The notes under the pieces: model-generated
Databases searched by the model: none
What the model saw: only the letters and a program-made list of their open reading frames with translations
Told to the model about the DNA's origin: nothing
Program-made: the position numbers and the translations under genes
DNA from: Bdellovibrionales bacterium
GTDB lineage: Bacteria; Bdellovibrionota; Bdellovibrionia; Bdellovibrionales; UBA1609
Assembly: GCA_050246815.1 (NCBI GenBank)
Contig: JBFWVI010000045.1
Coordinates: 1 to 24,564, forward strand
DNA length: 24,564 bases
Direction: 5' to 3'
Shown: in pieces, positions 1 to 9,001 of the stretch
How positions within the stretch are numbered: the stretch's first letter is position 1
Layout: the number at the start of each line of letters is the position of its first letter

Positions 1-915
1 GTGCGGATTGACCAACAGCGCGGCGTTGTCCGCAACCTCGGGCGTCGCCGACACATTGCTGGTGATCACCGGGCAGCCTAAACGCATGGCTTCAAGCACA
101 GGAAAACCAAAACCCTCATAAAGAGAGGGGTAAACAAAAGCCTCGGCCCATTGGTAGTAGTTCACCAAACCGATGTTCGAAATAAAACCCGGCAACACGA
201 TATGGTCACGAGCGGCCGATTTTTTGGCGGCATTTAAGACCTCGTCAATACCAAAACCCGCCTTGCCCACCAACACCAAGCGGGTGTACGCGTGTTCGGG
301 TCTTTGTTTTAAAATTGTAAAGGCGCGAATCAAGCCGGCCACATTTTTACGAGCCTCAAGATTGCCGACAAATAAAAAATAAGGCTCGGGCAAAGGCCTT
401 GAGCCTTTGTTGGCCGGAATCAGCAGGTGATCCGCCCCATGCCAAACCGCATGGACCCGGTCGGCGATTTTCGGAAAGCGTTTGACGATCTCGTGCTTCG
501 TAAAGTGCGACACGGCAATCACTGCGTCAGGCGGCTTACGCCCGAGCAGCTTTTCTGTCAGAGCAATTTTCTTCCGCGCAAAACGTTCTTCTGTATGACC
601 CGGGTCATAATAGGCTAGGTCATGAATGGTCACCACCCGGGCCGGCCCGCGCACCAGCGGCACACGAAAATCTGGCCCATGAAAAACCGCGAAGTCACGG
701 CAATCAAAAGCGCTCCACACTGGAATGTAAGGCCTCACCGGCCCCATCCAATGGCGCTGGATGATATTGAGTTTGTGTTGGCGCGAAAATCGATAGCTGC
801 CCACCACATCCAGCTTGGGCACTTGAGTTAAGGCGTAGGCTAAATGTCGGGCGTAAGTGCCCACGCCCGAAATTCGTTCGTGGTCCAAACATGAAACATC
901 AAATAACGCCCGCAT
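1..915 (-). CDS. Glycosyltransferase family 4 (GT-B), 3' end beyond window edge
   Basis: Manual translation from ATG at 915: MRALFDVSCL..SGVGTYAR..VVTIHDL..IAVSHFT..FLFVGNLEARKN..FVYPSLYEGFGFPVLEAMRLGCPVITSN. Contains the GT4 EX7E motif. Frame stays open to base 1, so it is absent from the ORF track. Confidence 0.93.
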   Translation of the reverse strand, partial: MRALFDVSCLDHERISGVGTYARHLAYALTQVPKLDVVGSYRFSRQHKLNIIQRHWMGPVRPYIPVWSAFDCRDFAVFHGPDFRVPLVRGPARVVTIHDLAYYDPGHTEERFARKKIALTEKLLGRKPPDAVIAVSHFTKHEIVKRFPKIADRVHAVWHGADHLLIPANKGSRPLPEPYFLFVGNLEARKNVAGLIRAFTILKQRPEHAYTRLVLVGKAGFGIDEVLNAAKKSAARDHIVLPGFISNIGLVNYYQWAEAFVYPSLYEGFGFPVLEAMRLGCPVITSNVSATPEVADNAALLVNPH

Positions 916-955
916 GGGCCTCAACTTGAATGATCTTGGTGCAGATGTCACTGGA

Positions 956-1888
956 TTAGTTCAACAAAATACCATCACAGTGGCCAGAATCTATGGTCGA
1001 CAAGCTCCACCATTTCAACAATGTCTTATCCGTCAAACGCTGTTCAATAAACTCTGCCGCCATTGTTAAAACTGCCTCTCGCACATCAGGCTCTGATGCG
1101 TAAAGCGGCTGCAAATTCAAATGAATCCAGGTGGCAGCATCGCGGCGACCAAGCAAGTCCTGCATCAGGTGAAGATTGGACCACATCGGGTTATTGGGGT
1201 GAGCCAGCCCCACTTGGTCCAACTCTCTGGCAAAAGCCTCAGGCGGTATTTGCCTGAGCACTTCCCAAAACAAAAAGGCTGAATAAATTTGCGTCATCAC
1301 CTGAATTTTCGGAAAGATCACATGATAAATGCCAATACCGCCAAATTGTTCGATTAATCTGGTCTGCAAATCTAAACTCATCAGCGCCACCAGTTTACCA
1401 GTCTGTTCCAATATCGAACGCCCCTTGAACGGGACTGGCAGATAGATTTTAAACTGTGACTTATTAACGTAGTGAAGGTCAAAAAGATCCGTGCGCAAAT
1501 GGCGCTGCCGAGGCGCGGGCAAGCCCCACTCGATCCATGCCCCACTATCACCAAGAAAAATATTGCGATAAAGAGCAAGCAGATTCGGGTTTAAATCGCT
1601 AAATGCAGCCTCGAACATGAAGTCCAACTGTCTCTTTGCGGCTGTTTGGCTATCGACTTCTTCGCCCATCCCATAAGAAAGGGGGCTTGGCCACGGCGTT
1701 AGTAGCCGAACCTGCAACCGCGGCAGAGCCTGCTGCAACTCCTTCACATGCTGATCGAGAGTTTTGGCCTGCAAATGATTGCGCAGCCCCAGCCCACGCC
1801 GAACTTGGTCTGGTTGCATGACGGCTTGTCCATCCAAAGCAATAAGTAGCAGTGCGATAGCGAAAACGGCGCGGCCCAGTAAAATCAT
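956..1888 (-). CDS. Hypothetical secreted protein (310 aa)
   Basis: Long ORF with signal-peptide-like N-terminus (MILLGRAVFAIALLLIALDGQA). ATGA overlap with the upstream ORF. No family recognised. Confidence 0.75.
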   Translation of the reverse strand: MILLGRAVFAIALLLIALDGQAVMQPDQVRRGLGLRNHLQAKTLDQHVKELQQALPRLQVRLLTPWPSPLSYGMGEEVDSQTAAKRQLDFMFEAAFSDLNPNLLALYRNIFLGDSGAWIEWGLPAPRQRHLRTDLFDLHYVNKSQFKIYLPVPFKGRSILEQTGKLVALMSLDLQTRLIEQFGGIGIYHVIFPKIQVMTQIYSAFLFWEVLRQIPPEAFARELDQVGLAHPNNPMWSNLHLMQDLLGRRDAATWIHLNLQPLYASEPDVREAVLTMAAEFIEQRLTDKTLLKWWSLSTIDSGHCDGILLN

Positions 1889-2739
1889 TTTTGTTCCTGT
1901 ATCAATTGCTGAATCAAACGACGTTCATACTCCACTTGCGGGCCCGGCGCACGCGCCAATAATAGCTGTTGCAACCGCGACAAGGCCTCATCCCGGCCGG
2001 CCCGGTCGTTTTGCACCCCTTTTAGGGCCGCCTGATGGTACAAAATGTCCTGGCGAGAGGTCGATTGAACCCTGTCATCCACAGCATAAAGCGGCGTCTT
2101 ATCCCCTTCCGCGCGCAAAAGATCGATTTGCCATGGTCCGCCTTTAACCAAACGCTGTAGATCCATTTGCAAAATGGAGTTGGAACTTGGCTGCCCCGGC
2201 CATTGGTGGTCTAAAGGGATTTGATACTTCGCTCCAGCTTCATTCAGCGCACGATAGAGTTCGGTCGAATCGATAAATGCGCTGAACACATTTAAAAACT
2301 GAATTGAAAATGAAGGATGCAAGCCATTTTCAGGTTGCACCGGCAAGACAGCGCCAGGCTGCCCCTTTTGGTTCAAAATTTCGTGAGCGCTTAATTCAAA
2401 AACATCTTGGCGTAAACCATGTTCTGTCTTCGGAAACTGGGTCAAGCTGACGCCCACCCAGTTGGGGTTGCCCACCTGCTCCAGCAGTAAATTGAGTTCG
2501 ATTTGGGCCAATTGCCAAAGCAACACCAGATCATGCAAATTATAAAGCGTTTCTTGTTCTTTGCGCCTTGAATCGGCGCGACTCATAACAAAATATGCCG
2601 GACCCGAATCCACACGTTTGAACTCAAAGGCAAGCCATTCTTCACAGGATTGAAGGCCAGTGCCTTTTGGCGGCTCGGTGGCTGTGCTTAAAAGCGGCAA
2701 AACCAAAGTTAAAATTAATATAATCGATCTGAAGGTCAC
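1885..2739 (-). CDS. Hypothetical secreted protein (284 aa)
   Basis: GTG start with GGGAG RBS. Signal peptide MTFRSIILILTLVLPLLSTA. Translationally coupled to the next ORF. Confidence 0.75.
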   Translation of the reverse strand: MTFRSIILILTLVLPLLSTATEPPKGTGLQSCEEWLAFEFKRVDSGPAYFVMSRADSRRKEQETLYNLHDLVLLWQLAQIELNLLLEQVGNPNWVGVSLTQFPKTEHGLRQDVFELSAHEILNQKGQPGAVLPVQPENGLHPSFSIQFLNVFSAFIDSTELYRALNEAGAKYQIPLDHQWPGQPSSNSILQMDLQRLVKGGPWQIDLLRAEGDKTPLYAVDDRVQSTSRQDILYHQAALKGVQNDRAGRDEALSRLQQLLLARAPGPQVEYERRLIQQLIQEQK

Positions 2740-2774
2740 TTCATGCTCCCGTGGCCGACCAATGCCCCTACAAA

Positions 2775-2790
2775 AGCAACTTCAAGGCCA
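2775..2790 (-). promoter_or_regulatory. Putative sigma54 (-24/-12) promoter
   Basis: Minus strand TGGCCT-TGAAG-TTGCT (GG-N10-GC), 36 nt upstream of the GTG at 2739. Confidence 0.6.
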
Positions 2791-2829
2791 GCTTGCCTTT
2801 GATTTTAGTTTTCTTCATCATGACTAAAC

Positions 2830-3792
2830 ATGGTGAAATTTTTGGCTATTTTACTGATGGGAGGGGGACTTACAACGCCGGCTTGGGCCGCCCACAACCA
2901 CTTCAACTCGAGCCCCTTCGCCTTAAAACTCTCGGCGGATATCCCTGGCTATGACATTCAGTTCAAGAGCATCGACAACCCTGACAAAATCGTGAAGTTC
3001 AACCCCAACTTAGCACAACTTCTGGGTGTGCATTTGTCGTTCAAAGGCCTGGTGTCGGTGGGCTACGGCTTCAAGTTGCAGCAGCTTGAACGGGACAAAG
3101 TCATGAAAGGCCACACCGACTACCAGGACTGGCGTTTTGCGTTCACCTTCGACCACTTTATGTTGAGCGCCAACTATCAACAGTACAAAGGTTTTTACAT
3201 CGGCAACTCAGATGATGTGGATCCGTCTTGGACCTCGGCACAGGCCTACTTACAAGCACCCAATCTCAAGTTGACCAGCGGTGCTTTGAGTTTCACTTAC
3301 ATCTGGTCGCCTGAAGACTTTTCGCTGACGGCGGCCATGGACCATACCGTTCGCCAAGAAAAAAGTGGTGGCTCATTTTTGATGGGTTTTGCCGTCGGGC
3401 GTACGGAATTCGCTGATGATTCGCCTTTCATCCCAACTGTCATTCGCAATCAATTTGGGGTGGATCAAAATATCGAAAGCGGCAGTTTCACTGCCCTGAC
3501 GGCGCGACTGGGTTACGGTCATACCTTCGTGTGGGATCGCAGTTGGTTTTTGGCGATGGCCGCGCAAGTGGGTGGCGGTCAACAGCAACGCGTTTACAAA
3601 GACGCGACCCAAGAGCGCCATGGCTGGCATGTTGCCACCAAGCTGGACGCCTTGCTGTCACTGGGTTATAGCGGCGACGATATTTTTTCGGGTCTGATGG
3701 CCGTGGCGGACACCACTTCGTACCGAACCACTTCGATCGAAATTTCATCCGGCCTTTGGGGCATCAGTCTGTTTGCGGGCGGACGTTTTTAA
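2830..3792 (+). CDS. DUF4421-like outer-membrane beta-barrel protein
   Basis: Signal peptide, alternating beta-strand pattern, YQQYKGFY and QEKSGGSFLMG motifs recalled from DUF4421, C-terminal Phe (GGRF). Confidence 0.75.
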   Translation: MVKFLAILLMGGGLTTPAWAAHNHFNSSPFALKLSADIPGYDIQFKSIDNPDKIVKFNPNLAQLLGVHLSFKGLVSVGYGFKLQQLERDKVMKGHTDYQDWRFAFTFDHFMLSANYQQYKGFYIGNSDDVDPSWTSAQAYLQAPNLKLTSGALSFTYIWSPEDFSLTAAMDHTVRQEKSGGSFLMGFAVGRTEFADDSPFIPTVIRNQFGVDQNIESGSFTALTARLGYGHTFVWDRSWFLAMAAQVGGGQQQRVYKDATQERHGWHVATKLDALLSLGYSGDDIFSGLMAVADTTSYRTTSIEISSGLWGISLFAGGRF

Positions 3793-3813
3793 ACGCGAAA
3801 ATATTCCATTTGA

Positions 3814-4071
3814 TCACTCTGTCCAAAGAAGTCTTACACGGATTTTGGCGCAATCGCCGCCTTTTACGATCACTTCGTAGGCAGCATCACCACCCTGGTC
3901 AATGACCCGCACTATGTAAACAAGATTTCCGTCTTTGTCGAACTGACGGAATTGGCCGGGCTGAGTGTAGCCCCTTGTGACGTAACTTTCTGCTTGAAGT
4001 GAACAGTCTCGTACCTCAGCGGCATAAACATTCAGACCTGCGATCAGGGCCAGTAACATTGAAAGCATCAA
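3814..4071 (-). CDS. Small secreted hypothetical protein (85 aa, two Cys)
   Basis: GAGGAG RBS, signal peptide ending in VYA, fills the gap between neighbouring genes. Confidence 0.65.
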   Translation of the reverse strand: MMLSMLLALIAGLNVYAAEVRDCSLQAESYVTRGYTQPGQFRQFDKDGNLVYIVRVIDQGGDAAYEVIVKGGDCAKIRVRLLWTE

Positions 4072-4153
4072 ACTCCTCTTCTTGATGACTGCGCGACTTT
4101 ATGTGATATTTCCCGCCTGGCAAAGTCACGTTTTCGTCATGACGGGGTTTTTT

Positions 4154-5008
4154 ATGATCAATTGGCTTTCTTGGGAAAACCCGGTGGCAATCTGGTGGAT
4201 TTTTTTGACGCTCGCCAGTGTCGTTAACATCTCATTTTGGGTTTGGACCCGTGTTTTTGCCTATCGTGACATTTCTATCCTGAGCCTCAGAAAGCTTTGG
4301 AGCGACCGTCAAAACATCATCTGGTTTTCGGGAGTTTACGTTTTCGTTTGTGCGTTCAGATCATTTTTGCCACGGGCTGATGTTCAAAGAATATGTCTTT
4401 TTGACACATGGTTCTCGAGTGTGTTTGTCGGCAGATCCGTTGCGACATTGGCCGAGCTGGCGTTTGTCGTTCAATGGCTGATCGTGCTTCGCTTTTTGTC
4501 AGCGCAAACCAATTCAAAAATGGGCCTTAAAATTTCCTATGTGATTTTACCACTGATTTTCATCGCCGAGCTCTTTTCATGGTACGCCGTCATCACAACC
4601 CACTATCTGGGCAATGTCGTTGAAGAGTCTTTGTGGGCGCTGACTTACACTTTAATCACGTTCGCCGTCATTCAACTGTTGCAAAGGCTTAAGGGGGCGC
4701 TCAGGCTTGCGGCTTGGTTTTCTGTTTTTGGCTGCGTTGCTTATGTTGCGTTTATGACCTCCGTCGATGTGCCTATGTACATTGGCAGACTCATGGCAGA
4801 CAATGCCTCGCAAAAATCACACCTTGGCTTTTGGCAAGGACTTTACGATCTGAATACCAGGTGGATCGTCACCCACAGCATTGCGGACTGGAAAACCGAA
4901 ATACCGTGGCAGACGCTTTATTTCACGTTTGCAGTCTTAGTCAGCATCGCCCTTTGTTATGTTCCGCTGACTCCCGAAAGGCTAAAAAAGTATCTCGCCG
5001 ACAAGTAA
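4154..5008 (+). CDS. Uncharacterised ~7-TM integral membrane protein
   Basis: About seven hydrophobic segments. Likely start ATG 4154 (MINWLSW); the ORF track extends it to 4082. Confidence 0.8.
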   Translation: MINWLSWENPVAIWWIFLTLASVVNISFWVWTRVFAYRDISILSLRKLWSDRQNIIWFSGVYVFVCAFRSFLPRADVQRICLFDTWFSSVFVGRSVATLAELAFVVQWLIVLRFLSAQTNSKMGLKISYVILPLIFIAELFSWYAVITTHYLGNVVEESLWALTYTLITFAVIQLLQRLKGALRLAAWFSVFGCVAYVAFMTSVDVPMYIGRLMADNASQKSHLGFWQGLYDLNTRWIVTHSIADWKTEIPWQTLYFTFAVLVSIALCYVPLTPERLKKYLADK

Positions 5009-5056
5009 TTGAACAGTCGTTTGCAGTTCAAATTTTTAGATTGGGTCAGATTTAAC

Positions 5057-5133
5057 TGGCGCGCCCGGAAGGATTCGAACCTCCGACACCCTGGTTCGAA
5101 GCCAGGTACTCTATCCAGCTGAGCTACGGGCGC
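5057..5133 (-). tRNA. tRNA-Arg(TCG)
   Basis: GCGCCCG/CGGGCGC acceptor stem, D-loop with A20, anticodon arm CCTGG-CTTCGAA-CCAGG, T-loop GTTCGAAT, discriminator G, encoded CCA; 77 nt. Confidence 0.97.
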
Positions 5134-5144
5134 GCGAAGCCATA

Positions 5145-5173
5145 GGCATAGTGCATGGGCCCAAGGGGGTCAA
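5145..5173 (-). promoter_or_regulatory. Putative sigma70 promoter of tRNA-Arg
   Basis: Minus strand TTGACC-17 nt-TATGCC, ending 11 nt before the tRNA 5' end. Confidence 0.5.
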
Positions 5174-5240
5174 CTAGCCGCCCACATGGTATGGCAAAAT
5201 ATAGGATGACGGGCTGACTTTTACGCCCCAAGATTTAGGC

Positions 5241-5600
5241 ATGAAGCAAATCCTGATCGCCCTGGTGGCCATTTTGCATTTCTATTTTTTAGTGCTTGAG
5301 ATGTTTTTATGGACCAAACCAAAAGGCCTTAAAGTTTTTCGCATGACCCCAGAAAAGGCCGCCGTAACCCAAGTTCTAGCCGCCAATCAAGGGCTCTATA
5401 ATGGCTTTCTTGCTGCGGGCCTGGTTTGGGCCTTAGTTCATCCCGACCCTTCCGTTGGCACTGACCTGGCGACCTTTTTCTTGGTTTGCGTGATAGTGGC
5501 CGCGCTTTATGGCGGCTATTCTGTGGGACGTAAGATCTTGTACATTCAAGGGGGGCCTGCGTTGTTGGCACTTCTGGCCAACGCCTTGCTTACGACATGA
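5241..5600 (+). CDS. DUF1304 family membrane protein
   Basis: HFYFLVLEMFLW and ANQGLYNGFLAAGL motifs; 4 TM segments. Confidence 0.9.
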   Translation: MKQILIALVAILHFYFLVLEMFLWTKPKGLKVFRMTPEKAAVTQVLAANQGLYNGFLAAGLVWALVHPDPSVGTDLATFFLVCVIVAALYGGYSVGRKILYIQGGPALLALLANALLTT

Positions 5601-6028
5601 CTCACGAGCGTTTTTCCATTCGGCACCACGTCCCGCACTATTCCAAGATGTTACTTAAGGCAGTTTTCAGTCCCTTACCCCTTTACATCGCATTTGCTGG
5701 TAACACCCTGATGTTGAGTGGCGCTGCACTATTTTATCACTTTGAGAGCCCGACCAACGCACAGGTCACTGATTACTTCGATGCCGTTTGGTGGGCGATG
5801 AACACGGTTTCAACGGTCGGCTATGGTGACGTTGTACCCCTCACAACGGCGGGTCGACTGGTGGGCATGGGACTGATTGTTTCGGGGGTTTTATTTTTTG
5901 TTAGTTTTTCAGCTTCAATCGCGGCCAGGCTGATGGCGCTGGCCGCCCAAGACTTCGAGCGCACCGAAGAAAAAATCCTACGCGAGCTCAAAGAGCTTCG
6001 CCAATTGATCGAAAAATTGGGTTCTTAA
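5597..6028 (+). CDS. Two-TM potassium channel (KcsA-like, Ion_trans_2)
   Basis: DAVWWAMNTVSTVGYGDVVP selectivity filter between two TM helices, C-terminal coiled coil. ATGA-coupled to DUF1304. Confidence 0.92.
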   Translation: MTHERFSIRHHVPHYSKMLLKAVFSPLPLYIAFAGNTLMLSGAALFYHFESPTNAQVTDYFDAVWWAMNTVSTVGYGDVVPLTTAGRLVGMGLIVSGVLFFVSFSASIAARLMALAAQDFERTEEKILRELKELRQLIEKLGS

Positions 6029-6492
6029 ACTGCCTCGACCGGACGGTAATGGTTTAAATAGTCCGTCACACTCATCACATGAAACTCACTGTCGCCAGGT
6101 TCATGGAGCAGACGAGCCAAAATGGCCATGGCATCCACGGTGGTGAAAATTCCTTTCACTTTACCTGTGGCATCGACCACGATGGTGCAGCCATATTTGT
6201 TGTCTGCCATCGTACGGGCTATTTTGGCCAGCCCCTCGGCCCAAGTCACCACATACGGGCTGGCGCTCATGGCGTCACGCACCTTCGCATCGCCGACCGA
6301 ACTCAAGGCCAAATGGCGGAAGATGTCCCGATCACTAAGCACCCCCACGATCTTGTCGTTCTGGGTCACAGGCAAGTGCCGCATGCCCCAACTGCGCATC
6401 ACTTCTAAAGCATCCAACAATCCAACATCCGGTGAAATCGTAACAGGCTCCCCAGTCATGACTTCGGCGATTCTGCTTGCACGGTTTGACAT
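6025..6492 (-). CDS. CBS-pair domain protein
   Basis: VMT..PVTI..RHLPV..VGVLSDRD and AMS..PYVV..GCTIVV..GIFTTVD repeats. GGAGG RBS supports ATG 6492 rather than 6606. Confidence 0.9.
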   Translation of the reverse strand: MSNRASRIAEVMTGEPVTISPDVGLLDALEVMRSWGMRHLPVTQNDKIVGVLSDRDIFRHLALSSVGDAKVRDAMSASPYVVTWAEGLAKIARTMADNKYGCTIVVDATGKVKGIFTTVDAMAILARLLHEPGDSEFHVMSVTDYLNHYRPVEAV

Positions 6493-6518
6493 GTTGACCT
6501 CCCTGAGACAATGCAGTC

Positions 6519-6534
6519 TGCAAACCAGGTGCCT
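6519..6534 (-). promoter_or_regulatory. Putative sigma54 promoter of the CBS gene
   Basis: Minus strand AGGCAC-CTGGT-TTGCA (GG-N10-GC), 27 nt upstream of ATG 6492. Confidence 0.65.
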
Positions 6535-6648
6535 GGCCCGATTCATCTCAAAGCACAGCTGACGTTCGACAAAGAGATCAAACGGCCCAGTCCTCGAATC
6601 CGGCAAAGGACAAATTGTCCCATTGAAACATCACTGTTTTGAATTGAG

Positions 6649-7080
6649 TCATTGCCCAGATGTGGGCGTTTGCTTCTCAAGAAGATAGATGAAGTCCTGA
6701 TCGTCCAGCTGCAGAAAAAGGTGCAATTCTTGACCTAGGATTTGGTAGCGATTGCTAGTCTTACGCCCTAAAGTCATGTCCGGATCGTGACTGCAATCCG
6801 GGCGATTATCAGGATTCACCCAAACCACCTCTTGATGGAGCTGGTCACCCTCAAGACTATAGGTCGCCTCCCGCTCGCAAAAACCGTCTTCGTTGAAGCG
6901 CGTCCAATACAAACGGACCCGGCCATCAGGCTTAAAAGTGAACGTTAAAAACAAATCCTGATTAGGTAAGGGGTAGCGCTGGCCTTCATAAATGAACCCG
7001 GCGTAACGCCACTCCCCCCAAATTTCGACGGTCGACTGGCACAAGCCCAAAAGCAGTGCCAAGACAACACTCATAGCCAA
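6649..7080 (-). CDS. Secreted lipocalin-like domain protein
   Basis: Signal peptide, IWGEWR (GxW) motif, TFTFKPDG and beta-rich pattern. Overlaps the peptidase stop; start may be 7074. Confidence 0.65.
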   Translation of the reverse strand: MAMSVVLALLLGLCQSTVEIWGEWRYAGFIYEGQRYPLPNQDLFLTFTFKPDGRVRLYWTRFNEDGFCEREATYSLEGDQLHQEVVWVNPDNRPDCSHDPDMTLGRKTSNRYQILGQELHLFLQLDDQDFIYLLEKQTPTSGQ

Positions 7081-8450
7081 CCCCGGGAAAGTAAAATTTC
7101 GTCCACTTGCGGATAAAGGGTTTTATTCTTCACTGACCACTCCTGAGTCAGCCGCTGAGCATGCGAAAAGTCTGAACTTGGGATGAATTGCCCTAAAAGA
7201 TGGCTCACCAAACTAAGAGAAGCGGCAACCCCTTCTTTTTGTCGAATCTCCCAAATAGCACTGCTTAAAATCAAGCTGTCGGCGTAAAGCCCGCCGGCTT
7301 TCTCGGCATAGGAATGAAAACCCTCTAAATTGCGCTGGTAAGGCCCGGCCTGGTACGCGCTTTCGCCGATACGCGGATTGTCCAGATAAAGAGCCGTCAG
7401 CGAATCAGACAAAGCCTCGTTCAAGGACCCGCCTTCGCCCCGATAAGGCAACCGAGCCAAAGACTCCACCACACCGTGCATGCACTCATGCACAACAATT
7501 GAGGGATCCCAACTCAAGTGAGAAAAGGCTTTGTCGTCGCCGACTCCCAAACGGACTTCACGATTGTAGTAAAATGCAGCATTGGTCTTTTCGGGATACC
7601 CCACATGAGTGCGAATCTTAAGTGGCTGCGGCTGAAACGAAAGCTGGCGCTGAGTCCACCTGATTGCCTCACTGGCAAAAAAGTACGCTTGAATCAAATC
7701 GAACTTCAAATCTTGGGGGCCGATGTCCGCCACTTGTGACAGATCGGTCAGCTTGATGCCCGCATCTGACACCGCATCCAATTGGGAATTCACTAGATAA
7801 TTCGGGACTGCGGAAAGCGACAACTTCACGGCTCCAAGCTGCGAATTCTTTGGACCTCGCGGATACAGCTGGGCCGTCACCTCAACCCGTTCGCTGGAAT
7901 TGGTGAAATTGGACCCCACTCTTTCAATGTCTAAAATTGTACCTTGAGTGCTCAGCCAATATTCATGCGGCACGCCCAGACGGCTTTCGCATGAACCCTT
8001 GAAAGCAAGCTCCCAGTCCGCTCCATCCCAATGGATCGTGGGCTGAATGCCGGCTAAAGTACTTTCTGAATTGTCGCAGGCAAGAACTTCGAAACGTTTT
8101 TTCTTGGCTAGCCTGATGGTTAAATCTTTTTGATCAAGCAGCTCTTGCACGTCCGCAGGCTTAGGTAAATGCTCTGTCGGCACATATCGGAAATAAACAT
8201 GTTTTTGTGCACCTTCAGCCGTGATTTGTTTCGCAAAACTTCCTTCAACTGGAACACCAGAGACTTGCTGTTCAAGCAGTTCGACCTCTTTGTTGGCCAA
8301 ACGGCTTTTTGTGGTGGTCTTTAATAAATCAGCGGGCAGCGGGGATACCCCGCTGCCTTGCCACTCGCCCTCGCGCCAATAGGGTGATCTTGTGCATGCG
8401 CCCGTCGCGAAAGTTGCCAAGACCAAAAGGATCGACAGGTGAGTTTTCAC
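7071..8450 (-). CDS. Gluzincin zinc metallopeptidase (M4/M36-like), probable lipoprotein
   Basis: TNAAFY, HECMH (HExxH), GGSLNEALSD third zinc ligand, N-terminal propeptide-like region (QQVSGVPVEG), lipobox-like TGAC. Confidence 0.82.
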   Translation of the reverse strand: MKTHLSILLVLATFATGACTRSPYWREGEWQGSGVSPLPADLLKTTTKSRLANKEVELLEQQVSGVPVEGSFAKQITAEGAQKHVYFRYVPTEHLPKPADVQELLDQKDLTIRLAKKKRFEVLACDNSESTLAGIQPTIHWDGADWELAFKGSCESRLGVPHEYWLSTQGTILDIERVGSNFTNSSERVEVTAQLYPRGPKNSQLGAVKLSLSAVPNYLVNSQLDAVSDAGIKLTDLSQVADIGPQDLKFDLIQAYFFASEAIRWTQRQLSFQPQPLKIRTHVGYPEKTNAAFYYNREVRLGVGDDKAFSHLSWDPSIVVHECMHGVVESLARLPYRGEGGSLNEALSDSLTALYLDNPRIGESAYQAGPYQRNLEGFHSYAEKAGGLYADSLILSSAIWEIRQKEGVAASLSLVSHLLGQFIPSSDFSHAQRLTQEWSVKNKTLYPQVDEILLSRGWL

Positions 8451-8452
8451 AA

Positions 8453-8833
8453 TTACTCCACTTCAAGGGTGCGTTCGAAATAAGTTCCATCACCGTTGAT
8501 GAAGCGCAAGGTGTGCTCGCCCCGTGAAAGTTTACCCAAGCGCACGTCTTTTGAAAACGGCACCAACACCATCAAACACATCCCTTGGGTCACCTTGGCC
8601 ACCGAGACGATTTCATGCATGTTGTTGCCTTTGTCTGTCACATTCGCACGGTTCCAACGATAACAGCTGTTTGGAAAGGTGCCGTTCACAACCACATAGG
8701 CGTCTGAATCTTGGCTAAAACCACCAGGAACAAACACATCCTGCACATTGATTATCGTGTCTTTGACCGGAAGTTCTTCACTCCACGCAGCTGCCCCTGA
8801 AAACATCATCAAAAAACCGAATACGTACTTCAT
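8453..8833 (-). CDS. Small secreted beta-rich protein with Cys pair
   Basis: Signal peptide, VFVPGGF..GTFPNSCY..CLMVLVPF pattern, AAGGGGA RBS. Ends 2 nt before the peptidase start. Confidence 0.85.
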   Translation of the reverse strand: MKYVFGFLMMFSGAAAWSEELPVKDTIINVQDVFVPGGFSQDSDAYVVVNGTFPNSCYRWNRANVTDKGNNMHEIVSVAKVTQGMCLMVLVPFSKDVRLGKLSRGEHTLRFINGDGTYFERTLEVE

Positions 8834-8882
8834 GTTATTCCCCTTCGCTTGCGACCTTGATTGGTCTTTGCCGAAAAGGAAT

Positions 8883-8898
8883 TACAAGACTTATGCCT
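8883..8898 (-). promoter_or_regulatory. Possible sigma54 promoter (variant -12)
   Basis: Minus strand AGGCAT-AAGTC-TTGTA (GG-N10-GT), upstream of the 8833 operon. Confidence 0.4.
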
Positions 8899-9001
8899 GG
8901 CGCTTGTTCGATTTAAATCTCATTTTGAGAACCAATGTCCCAAATGACGCGGACGTTTATAAAATATCCGGGGCAAAAAATCTCGAGCGCATTTTTATGA
9001 A

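Noticed and set aside
173..1069. Short plus-strand ORFs and 704..892(-) in the ORF track
   Set aside because: Shadow ORFs of the GT4 gene at 1-915(-).
2830..5057. Genomic island integrated at the tRNA-Arg 3' end
   Set aside because: No duplicate of the tRNA 3' end and no integrase found in the window.
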